A stretch of DNA of 64,000 nucleotides from Felis catus (lineage: Eukaryota). The stretch is taken from positions 230,704,001 to 230,768,000 of the forward strand of contig NC_058368.1 of the NCBI RefSeq assembly GCF_018350175.1, read 5' to 3'. Shown here piece after piece: positions 12,573 through 25,604 of the stretch. The position numbers and the translations under genes were made by a program. How positions within the stretch are numbered: position 1 is the stretch's first letter; each line of letters starts with the position of its first letter. The notes beneath the pieces are model-generated. The model was not told the origin of the DNA. It saw only the letters and a list, made by a program, of their open reading frames with translations, and did no database searches.

Positions 12573-15500
12573 AGATATTTTTCCTGGACTTAAAAATGTG
12601 ATTAGGATGGCCACCTCAAAATACAGAAAATGTTTATAATCATATTGAGTGACAAAAGAAATAAATAGGCGATGATGACAGCTCCATTAAAAAAATATGT
12701 GTTTGGATAAAGGTTTGGAAGTACTTTTAGAATTTTTTAAATGGTGACCATGAAAAGACTTTCAAGTTAAGTTTTACTGTGTTTTCTGTTTTAAGAAACG
12801 TGTCTAATAGTTACTTCATCAGCTTTGGAGTTAAAAAGGAACAAAAATATCTGACCATATGGAAAAAAGGTGGGTTTCTTTTTCTATTTAGTTATGGATC
12901 CCAAACAAGTTTTTACGTAACAGTGTAACCTGATACTTAGAGGAAAACATTTTCCATGTGCAAGAGTTGTCTCAAACTCAACGTGATGACATTCAACGAA
13001 GAGGCACAGGAGGTAACATAGGGACAAGATGTTCACATATGTTCTAATGACATGCTTTCACATGAAGCCTTTGAAGTTCTAACCACAAATCTATTTGAAC
13101 TTCCCTGGGAATCAATGAACTCGCCAGTCTAAAAGAAAATAACAGTGAAGACATTTTTGGACTCAGATTCCATTTTGCTTCTCAAAAAAAAATTTATTCT
13201 CGAATAAAACCACTTTGCCAGGATATGCGCCTGGCAGTCCAAAAGTGGTCTTAAAGTAGTATCCAATGTGAACCAACGGAAAGTGAGATCTCAATTATTT
13301 TTCAATTTCTCTGAAAGAGGAAGGGGTTACTAGCAGTTATGATTCCCCCGATGAATGCCAGGCCTGATGGAAGTAGGTTGAAGCAAGATGAAAGTCAAGG
13401 CTATTCTTGGCTAAAAGGTGTGAGTAAAAACTGATTCAGAACCGTTAGCTACTGGACCACTGTAACAGACACAACATATGAGAACATGTAACGACTGAAA
13501 TTGTACTAAAATGCTAATAATGAATCATTATCTAAATGGAAATGGAATGGGGAAGAAACACAGAAGGATGAGTCTATATTGTTCCTGGTGTATCTTTAGA
13601 AAGACCCACCACAAAAAGAAGTGCACCTACTTCATTGAAGACTTTTGGGAGAAGCATGGATGGGGGCTCTCTGATTTTAATCTCTTACCAGAGTATCCCT
13701 GTTGCCAAGGGTAACACTGTATGAATACAGCCAGCCCCCCCTTAGCTCTCATAAATAGGCGTGTTTCTCATCAAATCTATAAGGTAGTTTTAACATACTG
13801 TTTTGGTGACTGCTCAAGGCTTTTGAAGGCAGAAACTCTGGAGCCACCATGAGCACCGTCCAACATGCTAACTCCTGAGTTCTCTCTCATAGTGGTCTAG
13901 AACAAATTTCAACCGAGACTGGGAGAAACTGGCATTGAATGGTTTCTTCTGAATACCAAACAGTAGAACTGTTTTTACCGATTCAAACGAACCATGATCG
14001 ATAACCCCCAGAAAGAAAAAATGTACATGTAAGCAGGTAGTTAAATTTAGATTTAAACAAATATCGTACCTAACATGTGAAATAATGTATTTCCATGTTG
14101 ATGGAATCAGAAGCTTGAAATTCCAATGAGCTGCTCAGAAAAGGAAACTTACGTATTCCTCTGTCAAAACGAATAACCCAATAACCTTGCTTTATATCTT
14201 TGTCATGACTTCATGCTCTCCAGGCAAAAGAGTTCAGGGCACCTGTTCAAAACCCTGGTGTGTAGGGAGGAAGCTCCTGCTGAAATATCTGATTTTGAGA
14301 CCCCCTGGCCTTTGCTCCCCTCCAGACCCTTTATGCCGTAGGCCTGCATGGAAGAAATGGGTAGGAAAGCATCTTTGGAACTGGCGATGGTTTACTGATA
14401 CTCCCAGTAAGCAGTTTTCTTGAGGACAACCAGCACTTAGCTCTTTTGGGTCCACCAGATGCTTAACCATAGAAAATCTGCCTTTGAACCCGAATAACTA
14501 GTACCCCAAAAAAGCCTAATTTGTTAGCATTAGCTATTTTATTTCACTTATGAATATTTTATTATATATAATTTATGTTCTTTATTAATGTATGTTATTG
14601 CACTCATCATATTTATTTTATATTTATGGCCACCAAACAAGGGGAAGAATGCCATTACCCATCTCCTCATCTCCTCTTGCTAAATAAGGTGCAAAGACAA
14701 TTATATGTTCCCACGAAGCAATGGGGAAAGTGAAATGATGAGGGGTTATGGATGTGGTGTCAGCAAGAAAAAGTTTCATCTGGGTCCCAGGTTTCCTGAT
14801 CCTCAATTTCAGGAGACTTTTTGTTGGTTCTTGGTCCCATTGTTCCAACGGATATTAGAAATGAGACAGTCACCGGGGGTGATGCAGACATCACAGGTCC
14901 TGATATCCAGATGCCAATAAATAACTCCTTAAATGGTGTTTGCAGCCTTTTATTGTATGTGAAAGGACCTACCATACGTGAACATGTCCACATAAAGGCA
15001 GGTGGAGCTCTACTTCTAGCACTATATTAACATGTCACAGATAGGTCCCCACTTCCATAACTACTTCTTTTGAACCTCCATGCTGGCTCCCCCACAGCTC
15101 TCGTCTTTAACTTGCAGGGATAATAGGCAGTGAATTTACTTGGCCTTTTTTTTTTTCCTGGAAGCAACTATAAACCACCGCAAGCCTTGCCTAAATCCAA
15201 TTTGCAATAAATAACATAGCAAGATTTGGATTGTTTTACTTACTTGCCTCTCTACTGGCAGACCTATCATTGGCAGTAAGAGATATCCTTGCAGTGTTTT
15301 TGGAAATTTAATCTATGGCATGAAGTGTGTAAAATTCCCTCATTTCAAAACTGGTGTAATTTGTTAACCTCCAGAACGATAAATGCATCATGAGCCTCGG
15401 CAGACATTCTCCCACTTCTTCCATTGCTGGGGAGATGAGAAAATCACGTGCTCTGGCGACCACCGGCAGAACAGCCCCTGACAAATCCCTAGCCTCGTGT

Positions 15501-15653
15501 CATGTTTATCAGAAAAATAAACCCGAGTGACTAAAAGATGTACAGAGTGGAAAAAATATCTCTGTCTATATTCATTATTTATAGCTGAACACTTATTATT
15601 TTGCCATATCATTCTAATGAGAAGAATACTAATGAGGAAATGAGAAAGGTACA

Positions 15654-16117
15654 TGTGATTACTTTCCGAGAGGTGCTACAGCAAAAATATTACAGACTGA
15701 GTGGTTTAAACAATATAAATTTGTGTTCACGGTCCTGGAGGCCTGGAGTCCAAGATCAAGATGTCGTCAGGGTTGGTTTCTTGTAAGGCCTCTAAGGAAG
15801 AAGCTGTCCACGCCTCTCCCAGAGTTTCTGATGGTTTTCTAATCCTCTTTCACAGTCCTTGACTTGTAGAAGCATCACCGTGATCTCTGGCTTCATTTAT
15901 CTACATGGTGTTTATTCTCCTCATGTGCATGTTGATCTCCATATTTCTTCTGTTTCTAGGGACACCACTCATACTGGATTAGGGCCCACCCTAATGACTC
16001 ATTTTGACTTAACTGTTTCTGTAAAGACCCTGTCTCCAAATAAAGTTACATGCTGAGCAACTGGAAAGTAAGTCCTCCACATACGCATTTTGGAGGGACA
16101 CAATTCAACCCACAACA
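15654..16117 (-). mobile_element. MaLR MLT1 (C/D-like) solo LTR
   Basis: cagactgagtggtttaaacaa, agtccaagatcaag, ggattagggcccaccctaatgac, terminal gacacaattcaacccacaaca. Confidence 0.88.
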
Positions 16118-16501
16118 GTAGGTGTTTCTAAGACATAGGGTGGGAAGTTGAGTTTTGCTATTCAGCCAAGCCTGGGCCTTGCCGGTACATTTACTTCGTA
16201 GACAAAATCACTGCTTTATGCAGCAGGTAATAGAACTGCATCCAGCACTGTGAGGAGCCACCAGACTTTGCATCAGATGATGCTCAAGAATTTCCTCCAG
16301 CCGGTGTGAGGCCAGCCTCGTAGTGAGGTTAAGCGTGGTAAGAAATGTTGTCCGGCACATTTCCTACCAGAAACTTTCAAGTTGCTGTAGAGTCTAGGGA
16401 GCATGTGATTCTTAGGCACGTACCATGTTCTTCCAAATAGCATGGGGTGGCACATTTGTTGACATAGATGTTCTGTTACTTGCTACACTTCCGTGCAAGG
16501 G

Positions 16502-16700
16502 TGTACAGTGGATTAAAGACATATGTTCAAACCGTAACCCCAGATACCTGTGAATGTGACCTTATTTGGAAATAGGGTCTTTGCAGATGTAATTAAGTTA
16601 AGACTCTCAGGATGAGATCATCCTGAATTTATGGTGGGCCCTAAATTCAGGGACTGGAATCTTTATATGAGGAAGAAGGAGATTTGACACACAGGTGTGA
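16502..16700 (+). mobile_element. MaLR MLT1 LTR 5' fragment
   Basis: acctgtgaatgtgaccttatttggaaatagggtctttgcagatgtaattaagttaag. Confidence 0.85.
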
Positions 16701-17496
16701 GAGATCAAGATCCTGGAATGAACGAAAGTAAAGAAAACTGAGCATAATAGTCAGAGCCACTCTCTGAATGTAAGATGAACAGGACAAACAATTTATGGAA
16801 ATTGAGATGACAAAAACAAAACAAAACAAAACAAACAAAAAAACAACTTGAAAAGGATAAGAAGTTAAAAACAGCTATTGGCATGGCATTAGAGAAACAA
16901 AAATTAGGCTTGAATCCCTGCCCAAGTAGAGGGGTCCTGGACAATATTGTAGGGTTTCAGTTGGGACCCCTGAGGGACTATACCCTAGAAGTAAGAGTAA
17001 ACTAAAAATAGACCAGATCTTACAAAGACTGAAGAGTAGAATGTCATCAATTCCATCCTCAACTGGATATAAGATGCTCCTGTCCTTGTTGCATATCAGA
17101 AGAAAAAATGTAAAAAGAAAAAAATTATTCAGAGGAAAGTAACATCATCCAGAGCCTCTAATGGTTTCCCATAATGGCTATGAATATGTGAATTTCCAGC
17201 ATCCAATACAAAATTAGAACAAAGGGATGAAAACACAATAAAAACATACCCACAGGTGCTCCAAGTTAAGAGGAGTTAAGAGACCTGAATTTTGACCATT
17301 AGGTTTCAAGAAAACAGATGACCATATGGAGAATCTCACCAGAGGACTAAAATCTATTCAAAAAGTTAAATAGAAATTCTGGAACCAAAAAATATAATAA
17401 CTGAAATTAACAATAACAGGGATGTTTCAACAACAGACACAGCTAGAAAGGGTCGTAGTGATTTTGAAGACATGCCATTTAAAATGTCCATCGTCA

Positions 17497-17707
17497 GGGT
17501 ACCTGGGTGGCTTAGTTGGTTGGACGTCCAACTCTTGATTTCAGCTCAGGTCATGATCTCACAGTTCATGGGATTAAGCCCCACATCAGGCTCTGCACTG
17601 ACAGCAAGGACCCTGCTTGGGATTCTGTCTCTCTCCTCTCTCTGTCCCTCCCCAACTTGCGCAGGCTCTCTTTCTCTCAAAATAAATAAATAAACTGTAT
17701 TTTTTTT
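17497..17707 (+). mobile_element. Older CAN-SINE
   Basis: SINE head and tail; TSD aaatgtccatc on both sides. Confidence 0.92.
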
Positions 17708-18131
17708 AAATGTCCATCCTGAAGCCCAGAGAGGGGAAAAGAGGAAATAAGAGAATATAAGAACAGAGAGCTGTGCAACCCAGTGAGCAGACCTGTCATG
17801 TGTATACCTGGAATCTCAGAAATGAAGGAGAGAAAGAACTGGAAAGAAGTCACATCTGACAAAGTGAAAGCTGAAAATTTTCTGAAATTGATAAAAGAAA
17901 TCAAATTCTAAACTTAAAATATCATATAAGCACAGCAATAAAAATACATAGAAAATTATATTTTAGTACACCACAGTTGAAAATCAAAGACAATGAGAAA
18001 ATCTTAAAAGCATCCAGAGAAAGAAAAAAAAAATTATCTTCCCAAAAGCAAGATGGATCACTGACTCTTAATAGGATTAACTGAAGCCAAAAAACAAGAC
18101 AGTGACATGTTTAAAACAATTAAAGGAAGTT

Positions 18132-18337
18132 GGGGCGCCGGGTGGCTCAGTCAGTTGAGCTTCCAACTTCAGCTCAGGTCACGATCTCACGGTTCGTGAG
18201 TTCGAGCCCCGTGTCAGGCTCTGGGCTGATGGCTCAGAGCCTGGAGCCTGTTTCCGATTCTGTGTCTCCCTCTCTCTCTGCCCCTCCCCATTCTCTCTCT
18301 GTCTCAAAAATAAACATTAAAAAAAATTTAAAAAAAA
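18132..18337 (+). mobile_element. CAN-SINE
   Basis: ggggcgccgggtggctcagtc head, CT tract, A tail. Confidence 0.95.
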
Positions 18338-18832
18338 GAAATTCATTTGAAATATAGGAACACACAATAATTGAAAGAAAAGGTGGAAAAAATAGACCAT
18401 TATACTGACCCCCCAAAAGCTGGTGTAAGTATGTTAATATCAAAGCAGTTTTTAAGGCAAGAAGCATTACTAGAGATAACAATATTTTATGAGGAAGAAA
18501 AGGTCACTGTTTGAGGAAGATAAACAAATAGTATGTACTTGATAACATAACTTCAAAGCACATAAAGCAAAAATTGACAAAACTGAAAGGAAAAATAGAC
18601 ATATGTGTAATCATAGTGAGGGATTTGAACAACTTCTCTCAGTAACTGTTAGCACACGTGGCAGGGGGTGGGAGAGGAATACAAAGAAACAAAGATTAAC
18701 AAATATGAAGTAATTGTTATCTAAACAACAACACACTACACTACACTACACTACTTGTGCACTTTTTGGTAAATGCATAAGAAATGTTTACCAAAAATGT
18801 TCGTATGCTGTGCTATGAAGAACATTTCAAAA

Positions 18833-19049
18833 GGGGCGCCTGGATGGCTCAGTTGGTTAAGTGTCTGACTTCAGTTCAGGTCATGATCGCACAGTTCCTG
18901 AGTTTGAGCCCCTGATACATCAGGCCCTCTGCTGTAGGCACAGAGCCTGCTTCAGATCCTCTGTCTCCTTCTCTTTCTTCCCCAACCCTGCTCGTTCTCT
19001 CTCTCTCTCTCTCTCAAATAAATAAAGCTAAAAAAAAAAAAAAAAAAAA
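18833..19049 (+). mobile_element. CAN-SINE
   Basis: Full SINE with long poly-A; TSD aagaacatttcaa / aagaacatctcaa. Confidence 0.95.
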
Positions 19050-19262
19050 GAACATCTCAACAAAATTCAAGCCATCAAAGTATATAATATATTGTCTCTG
19101 ATCTCAGTGACATTTGATTAAAAACCACTAACAAAAAAATAACCAAAAGGTCCCAAATTTTAAAAATTAAACAACATGTGTAAATAATCCATGGACCTCA
19201 TTTTGTATTGTGTATGCTTTCTATCGTGTATTCACCTAAGCTGTGGAGCTACAGGCAATTTC

Positions 19263-19461
19263 TATTTTTTTTTAATGTTTATTTTATTTTTGAGAGAGAG
19301 AGAGAGGAGGAGGAGGAGGGACCGAGAGACAGGGAGGAGGATCCGAAGTGGGCTCCATGCTGACAGCACAGAACCCGATGCAGGGCTCCAACTCCCGAAT
19401 CTCAAGATCATGACCTGAGCCAAAGTTGGAGGCTCAACCGACTGAGCCACCCAGGCGCCCC
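19263..19461 (-). mobile_element. CAN-SINE
   Basis: Antisense SINE ending ...gagccacccaggcgcccc. Confidence 0.95.
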
Positions 19462-19874
19462 ATATTTCTAAGAAAACTCATAAAGTCTTTTATTTACATC
19501 TTGCCAATTACAAATATTTAAAAATCATGTGAGAGCACTGTAATAAAGTTTATGAAACCATACTTGGGGAATCTCTCTTTTCCTTTAGTGAGGTTAAAAG
19601 ATAAAGATTATAGTACACTCTTTCAGGATTGCAGTGGAATTCTTCTGGAAGTAGATCTTCAATTTTTTTTTAACAAAAAAATTCTATATTTTCAAGGACA
19701 CCCAGAAAGGAACACCAATCACTGGCAGCTAGAAAAGATGACCGCACCTCTAAGATTCTTGTTATTCCTAAATCCTAATTTGGCCTATTTCCATTATTTC
19801 GATTAATGATCAAAGGGTAAAATAGTCCTAAGCTCCATGCTAAAACTGTGTGACAACATGAGGTTCAATTTCTT

Positions 19875-19995
19875 TTTTTTTTTTTTAGTTTTTATTTCAA
19901 TTCCAGTTAGTTAACATACAGTGTAATATTAGTTTCAGGTGTACAATATAATGATTCAACAGTGCTCATCATAAGGGCCCTCCTTCAACCCCACC
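19875..19995 (-). mobile_element. Short 5'-truncated carnivore L1 3' end
   Basis: Poly-T then aattccagttagttaacatacagtgtaatattagtttcaggtgtac; TSD gaggttcaatttctt / gaggttaaattctt. Confidence 0.85.
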
Positions 19996-20183
19996 GAGGT
20001 TAAATTCTTCAAGAGCAAACTTGGAGAGACAAGAGTTGATTCTTCATATTTTAACATAGAAAAGGGATTCGACTTGTTCTAATCTAAATTTCATAGGGCA
20101 AAACTAGAAGCAAAAGTGGCAAATAATGGGAAGAAGATTTCAAGTCAAAATTAGTTTCCTTTAATTTTAATGTATATTAAGAA

Positions 20184-20285
20184 GGGAAAGTGGGTGATGG
20201 GCATTGAGGAGGGCACCTGTTGGGATGAGCACTGGGTGTTGTATGGAAAACAATTTGACAATAAATTATATTTAATATAAAAAAT
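20184..20285 (+). mobile_element. Short carnivore/felid L1 3' end followed by AT-rich low complexity
   Basis: gggtgatgggcattgaggagggcacctgttgggatgagcactgggtgttgtatgg. Confidence 0.85.
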
Positions 20286-22902
20286 ATATATAATTACATT
20301 AATTTAATGTGAAAATAATAACATAATATATTAATATAATTATATTATAAATGATTAATATTAACATATTATATTGGTATTATTAGCATAATATTAAAAT
20401 ACACAGAGCCTGTGTAATTTGGCAAGCCCTGTGGCCAGACCCCAGTGTTTCTGAATATTTGACAGCCTGAACTGGGAACAAATTGGTATCTGGTTAAAAT
20501 ATCAGAAATGTGTTTCTTTTGCTTCTAAAGCTAAAGATAGAATTTGTCCATAGGAAGAGTTCCCAATGTAATTTCTATAAATAATTTTAAGGCGAGTACC
20601 TATTTGTCATCCTTGTGCTAGCCTTCAACTTTGGGATGTATTCCAAATGCAATGCTTCAAACAGAGATGTTAACTAGTCTGCTTATTAATGTGAAAAGCT
20701 ACCTTCATTGCAGACATCGTCAAGAGATTCTTATAATGGGAGTGGGGGAAGGGTAACTGTGGCCTCTGGGACTCAGGAAGAAGAGAGATGATGAAGTGGA
20801 CTTTAAGCAGAAGAGATGGGCCCAGCAAAATGGCAACACATGGGGACTAATGAAGGACCCAGCCAGCAGGGCCCTGAAGAACTATAGGAGTAGTGAGCCA
20901 TGGGCATCCAATTTTAAATTGTCCTTCCAACATGCTAATTCTCTTCTGTCATTCTCAAATCCTCAATATTTTTAAACACAGCTCTCTTGATGGCACCATG
21001 TCTTGGGGATTAAGGAAGGTCAGTGTCCAAATGTGAGATGGAATCCAAGAGAGCTGGAAGCATGGATAGGAGCACCAAGGTGGTGCATGGAAAATGGTGG
21101 AAGAGGTCAAAAGCAGGCATGTGGAGTAGGAAGTGAGAAGTGAAATGAAAAGAATGTGTATTCCTGGGGTTCCTCAGAAGTATTTAAAGAAGGGACAGGA
21201 CTCTGTCCTAGATAAAGTCTTAGATTCTGGGTATTTGGTAATTATATGGATGGATGGTTCTTAGGAGGCTGAAGACCTTGGGAACCCTGGGGCCCCTCTT
21301 ATGCTGAGTATCATGGGCTTTTGGGGGGAAACCCTTCTAACGATAAAATAATGGACAGACTGCCTCAGAAAGAGAAAGGTTCCCACTATGGTAACCAAGG
21401 AGAAGCTGATGGCTACAGGGAGAGGTTTCCCAGACAAGCTCTTAGATCCTGTGTGCTCAACATTAATAGAATGCCAAGCTTTTAAACTGAAGCAAAGAAA
21501 AGCATTTCTGAAATATAAAAAGGAGGTCAACTGCATGCCTTGAGAACTTCTATGAGAGTCGTCTAGCTCTCTCCCTCCCACAGTCTGGGGACATCAGTCC
21601 AGGACTGCTCCCCAACGGCACTTGGTATGAAGACCGACAAATGGGAGGTATATCGAGACAAAGGGCAAGACCCCAGAGCAGCTGTTAATCTCTGAGGAGT
21701 CAGATCCAGCATTCATGAGTCCAAGGAATGCTCCACCAGAGATGAGTCATTAAAAGGATATGTCACAGCTTTTGGAAATAGTGGGTCTTGAACATGGAGA
21801 AAAGAGAATATTGGTAAGGCCGGGCAGAGCAACCCTATTTCCCCTAATACAGGACCCTATTTACTTTAGGACACATCCTGATTTCAGAGATGGTAATTTA
21901 AAAAACAAATAAATACACAAACTATGCATCCTTAAATTACTACTTTCAATGATCTAGACTATATTTTGGAGAAAATAAATGGATAAAACTAAGAACGAAT
22001 TAAGTTGATACTAATGGAAAGAAAATTTATCTACAAACAACCACATTATTGAAATAGTCCCTATTTTCTAAAATTTCTCATCAGGAGAGCAGGACTCATT
22101 AGATTTTAGCTTTTTGCTTGGTGCTGCTTTTGACTGCTCTGCATGATTTTCCTGCTAGGATCCACAGAGCCCCTCATTCCGACCTAGTGTTACAATGGAG
22201 CCCTGTAATATTTTGTGAAAGAAATTGCCAATCGCCTTGAGTTACTCCAGGAATGGTTGATTTAGCTACTCAGAACTGTAAAATTGAGAACTATACTCCA
22301 AAAGAGAATTTTATCAGGCCTAGATTTTAGGTAAAAAAAAAAAAAATTTTTTTTTGCTACTGGACTATGGTACACTAATGATGACTATTCATTCCCTTGA
22401 AAATAAAGAAGATCCTGGCTGTTTGTCCCTGTGTGGTATGCTGACCGCTGAACAAATTTTAAGGGTAACTGTTTGCCTATGTCTTTTCAGCCTCCACAAT
22501 GGATTACATCATCTGACCTCCAAACAGGAAGTACTAAATTCAGCTCCGTCTCTGTATCTTCCAAACCCCCTTCCTATTCCAGCAACTAGTTGGCCCTGGC
22601 AAAATTGTGGGATCACTGGATTGTGCTTCCATGGGTCTTTTCTCCCTCCTTTTTCTAATCTTCCTTATTATTGGCCCCGACCTTCACCATCGTCTTCTAG
22701 GACCCCTGACATTCCAGAGCCATGGGCATTTTCCCTGCTCACCTTCCTGTTCAATTCTCTTCAACCTCAACTGCCTGTCCTAAGGAGCCCTAGGCTCATC
22801 TCCTGCCAGATGCTTCCAGCAAAGGTGTCAACGATTTCGTTGACTTACAGTGACATCATGTGTTTCCTCTGCCAGAAAATGTTTCTGTTTAACAGAAGAA
22901 AT

Positions 22903-23087
22903 TAATGGAGTTCTCGGCCATCTCTGCACATGAGATTCACTTGAGGCACTTCAAAACTTATCAAATGCCTATGCCCATCCATAGATATTCTGACTTCATA
23001 GTGCCAGGGTGGGACCCAGATATATCATTATTTTTAAAAATTCTTTCCATGTGACTCAAATGTCAAGCCAGGGGTTGGAAATCACTG
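22903..23087. mobile_element. MER5-type hAT DNA transposon remnant
   Basis: About 185 bp with gggtgggacccag, gtgactcaaatg and terminal ttggaaatcactg. Confidence 0.65.
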
Positions 23088-25567
23088 CCTATCCCAAGAG
23101 GGAGAGAGCTGGGATAATTGCAGGGCCTGTGGTGAGTCAGGAGGAGATAGGATCAGGAGAAAGCCTCCAACCTCATCATGTTGACAACTGGCTACTTCAG
23201 CCAAAACCTAGTTGTATCCTTATTTATTGGTAGAAGGAATTACCTGCAGATCTCATCTCATCTGCTGAGGAAAAATCAAACAGCTGTGCAGAGAGATTGT
23301 ATTTTTCTAACCAACTGCCCCAACCAAGATCTTTGAGTTGGCAAAATATGATCAGTCCCAGGACGTGGCGTCTCCTAAGGGTCCTGTTGTTTCTGAGACT
23401 GGCCATTCCTTCTCTCATCCTCAGAAGAGCACAGACCTTTCTATCTTCTGAGATCCAAAAGAAGCAAATCACAAATGTTTTTGTTTATCTCTTTCTTTCC
23501 AGAAGTGGGTATAGAGACACCTGTTCAGAGTAAGAGAAACCGGTTGGTCTCAACTGGTACCCCTAGAAAGGAGTGTATTAACAACAGGACAAAGAAATGT
23601 GGGAGAGGAAAAGGAAGCTTAACCTTCTCAGCATCTGATTCCAGCAGGCGTCTACAAACACATGTAATTAGACTCCCTGATTTCAGAGACCTTTGCTAAT
23701 AACTAGATTATTTCCAGTATAGGAGGTGCCTGTAACATTTTCTCCTCACGTGCCTAGATCAGCCCTACTATCACAATATGTGAATGTAAAACGTGGTAAA
23801 GCTGAATTCTTTTTTGTATGATCTGAAGAAATTTTATGCTCCGGATTTTCCTCCTAATGATGTTATTTATCTCCCTACTGATGCCCTTTCAAATTGAAAT
23901 TACACACCATCCTGGATCAGCACGAGTTGGCAGTTAGTTACATGGTATACTAGGCTTGAAATGTTTCATGGCAGGTGAACACATTCAATGGCCCCAACTG
24001 AGGAAACAAGATGGGTGTTAAGTGATCATGTATTAAGTCCATGTATTCAAGAAGCCTCCATGTGTAAATATTAGGAACAGGGATAGTTCCCAGAAAAAAA
24101 AAAAATTGAAGGAAAAACAAACAAACAAAAAACCCAAAGAAGGAGATTTCAAAGAAAAAAAAACCAGGATTTCAAAAACAGAAGAAACAAAAGCCAGCCA
24201 ATGGCTGATTGCTGGCTGCTCCTAGCATTCTGCTCAAGCAAGGAGCCAGTCAAGTCCCGAACTGGAACAAAACTTCTGAAGCTACAAATTCCTCGAGAAA
24301 AACCATATGGGTCAGACATTTTGGCAAGGGTATTTCAGACATCTTACTGTTGTCTTCTTAGACCCAGCCGTATTCTCTGATGCCTACTCTGGATGTGTAT
24401 TTTGGGGATCCCAAGTAGCCACCTACAAGACCAGGTACCTCCTTGACCAAGAAGAGCCCCTTCACACATGTCTACAAATTCTTTAGGGTCCAGAGGCACC
24501 ACTGGAAAGGCACTTCCAATCTCTAAGACTTAAGAGTTCTGGGGAAAGAGAGAGGGGATGAAGACTAAGGTAGCTTGTTTCCACATTTTATCACTGCACC
24601 CTTTGTACATGGGCTCTAGCTTTAAAAATACGATCTTCAGCACGCAGATTGAAAGGAAATCAGAAATCCAAATAAATACTGAGAACATTCATTATAATAG
24701 CTAGCAGACAAGTAAGACAGATGATCAGGAATTTCTGGTCCCCTCATTTAAACCTACCAATTTATGCTGCAATGCATCCTTTTGAGCAATCTTCCACTTC
24801 CTCCACAGTATGAAACCTTTTGGCTCATTTTCAAATGTTTTATGAATTTCTGAAAGAGCCGTTTTCTAAAGAACCTTTTATATGTTATGGCTCTACTATA
24901 TCTTATTATGGCCTTACTGTTGACTTGGTACTAAGAAACCGTCACAAAAATATATGGTTGTATCTTTTCTTAAAATCTGTGAAGTTGAGCTGAGTTTGGG
25001 AAACTTAACTGTTAAGAATATTGGCTTTAAAAAATAATACTGATATTAGCAGTAAATTGTCCAACTTGTGAGCCTAATTAAAGTCAACAGAATGAAAAAC
25101 AAGACCCTTAGAGCGTTTCGTAGCTCAAGGCCTACAAAACTTGTCAAAATATGATATGTGCTGTGATGTAGGCATTTGCTTTGTGAGTATATTTATTGTT
25201 CAATCTGTCCCACTTTTCTTCCATCCTCCCCGAAGTTAAGGAAAGGGGAGAGACACACTTAAATTATAGCTTTCACAGTTTAGATTGGATATATGCTTTT
25301 CTTGTGCTGGCCTCATGGCCTCTCTGGGTCTCCCTCCCTAGTTAAAGAGAATAAGGCACAGGGAAGATACTCAATCACTTCATGCCATGTGGACAAACAG
25401 AGACTCTGAACAGAAAAACAGGTGAAAGGCCTATGGACAAACCACTTACATGGCTCTGATCATTTTTACGTATTGGCTTTAGTTCTTTGTTTACTTGACC
25501 CGAGGACTTATCCCCTTTCATCCTAGTCCTTTTCTTTGCAAGAACATAGATTGTCAAAGGTTAGTAT

Positions 25568-25604
25568 AGGTGTTTCAGGGAGGTGTTTCAGGGAGGTGTT
25601 TCAG
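25568..25604. repeat. 13-bp tandem repeat (aggtgtttcaggg) x2.8
   Basis: Read directly. Confidence 0.9.

Larger units (their letters stand above)
16710..19195 (+). mobile_element. Old L1M, decayed 5'UTR/ORF1/start of ORF2, carrying three SINEs
   Basis: A-rich L1 motifs gaaaattttctgaaattgataaaag, aaagacaatgagaaaatcttaaaagca, aagcaaaaattgacaaaactgaaagg, aaataatccatgg; frames broken. Confidence 0.75.

Noticed and set aside
20607..20620. Short match to U6 snRNA reverse complement (tgtcatccttgtgc)
   Set aside because: Only about 14 nt with no flanking similarity
21510..21655. TATA-like tataaaaagg followed by an exon-like segment (SGDISPGLLPNGTWYEDRQMG)
   Set aside because: Weak donor, unrecognised peptide, no supporting neighbouring exons
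22354..22905. Longest ORF (183 aa)
   Set aside because: Non-ATG start, low-complexity Leu/Pro/Ser composition, no recognisable domain or splice context
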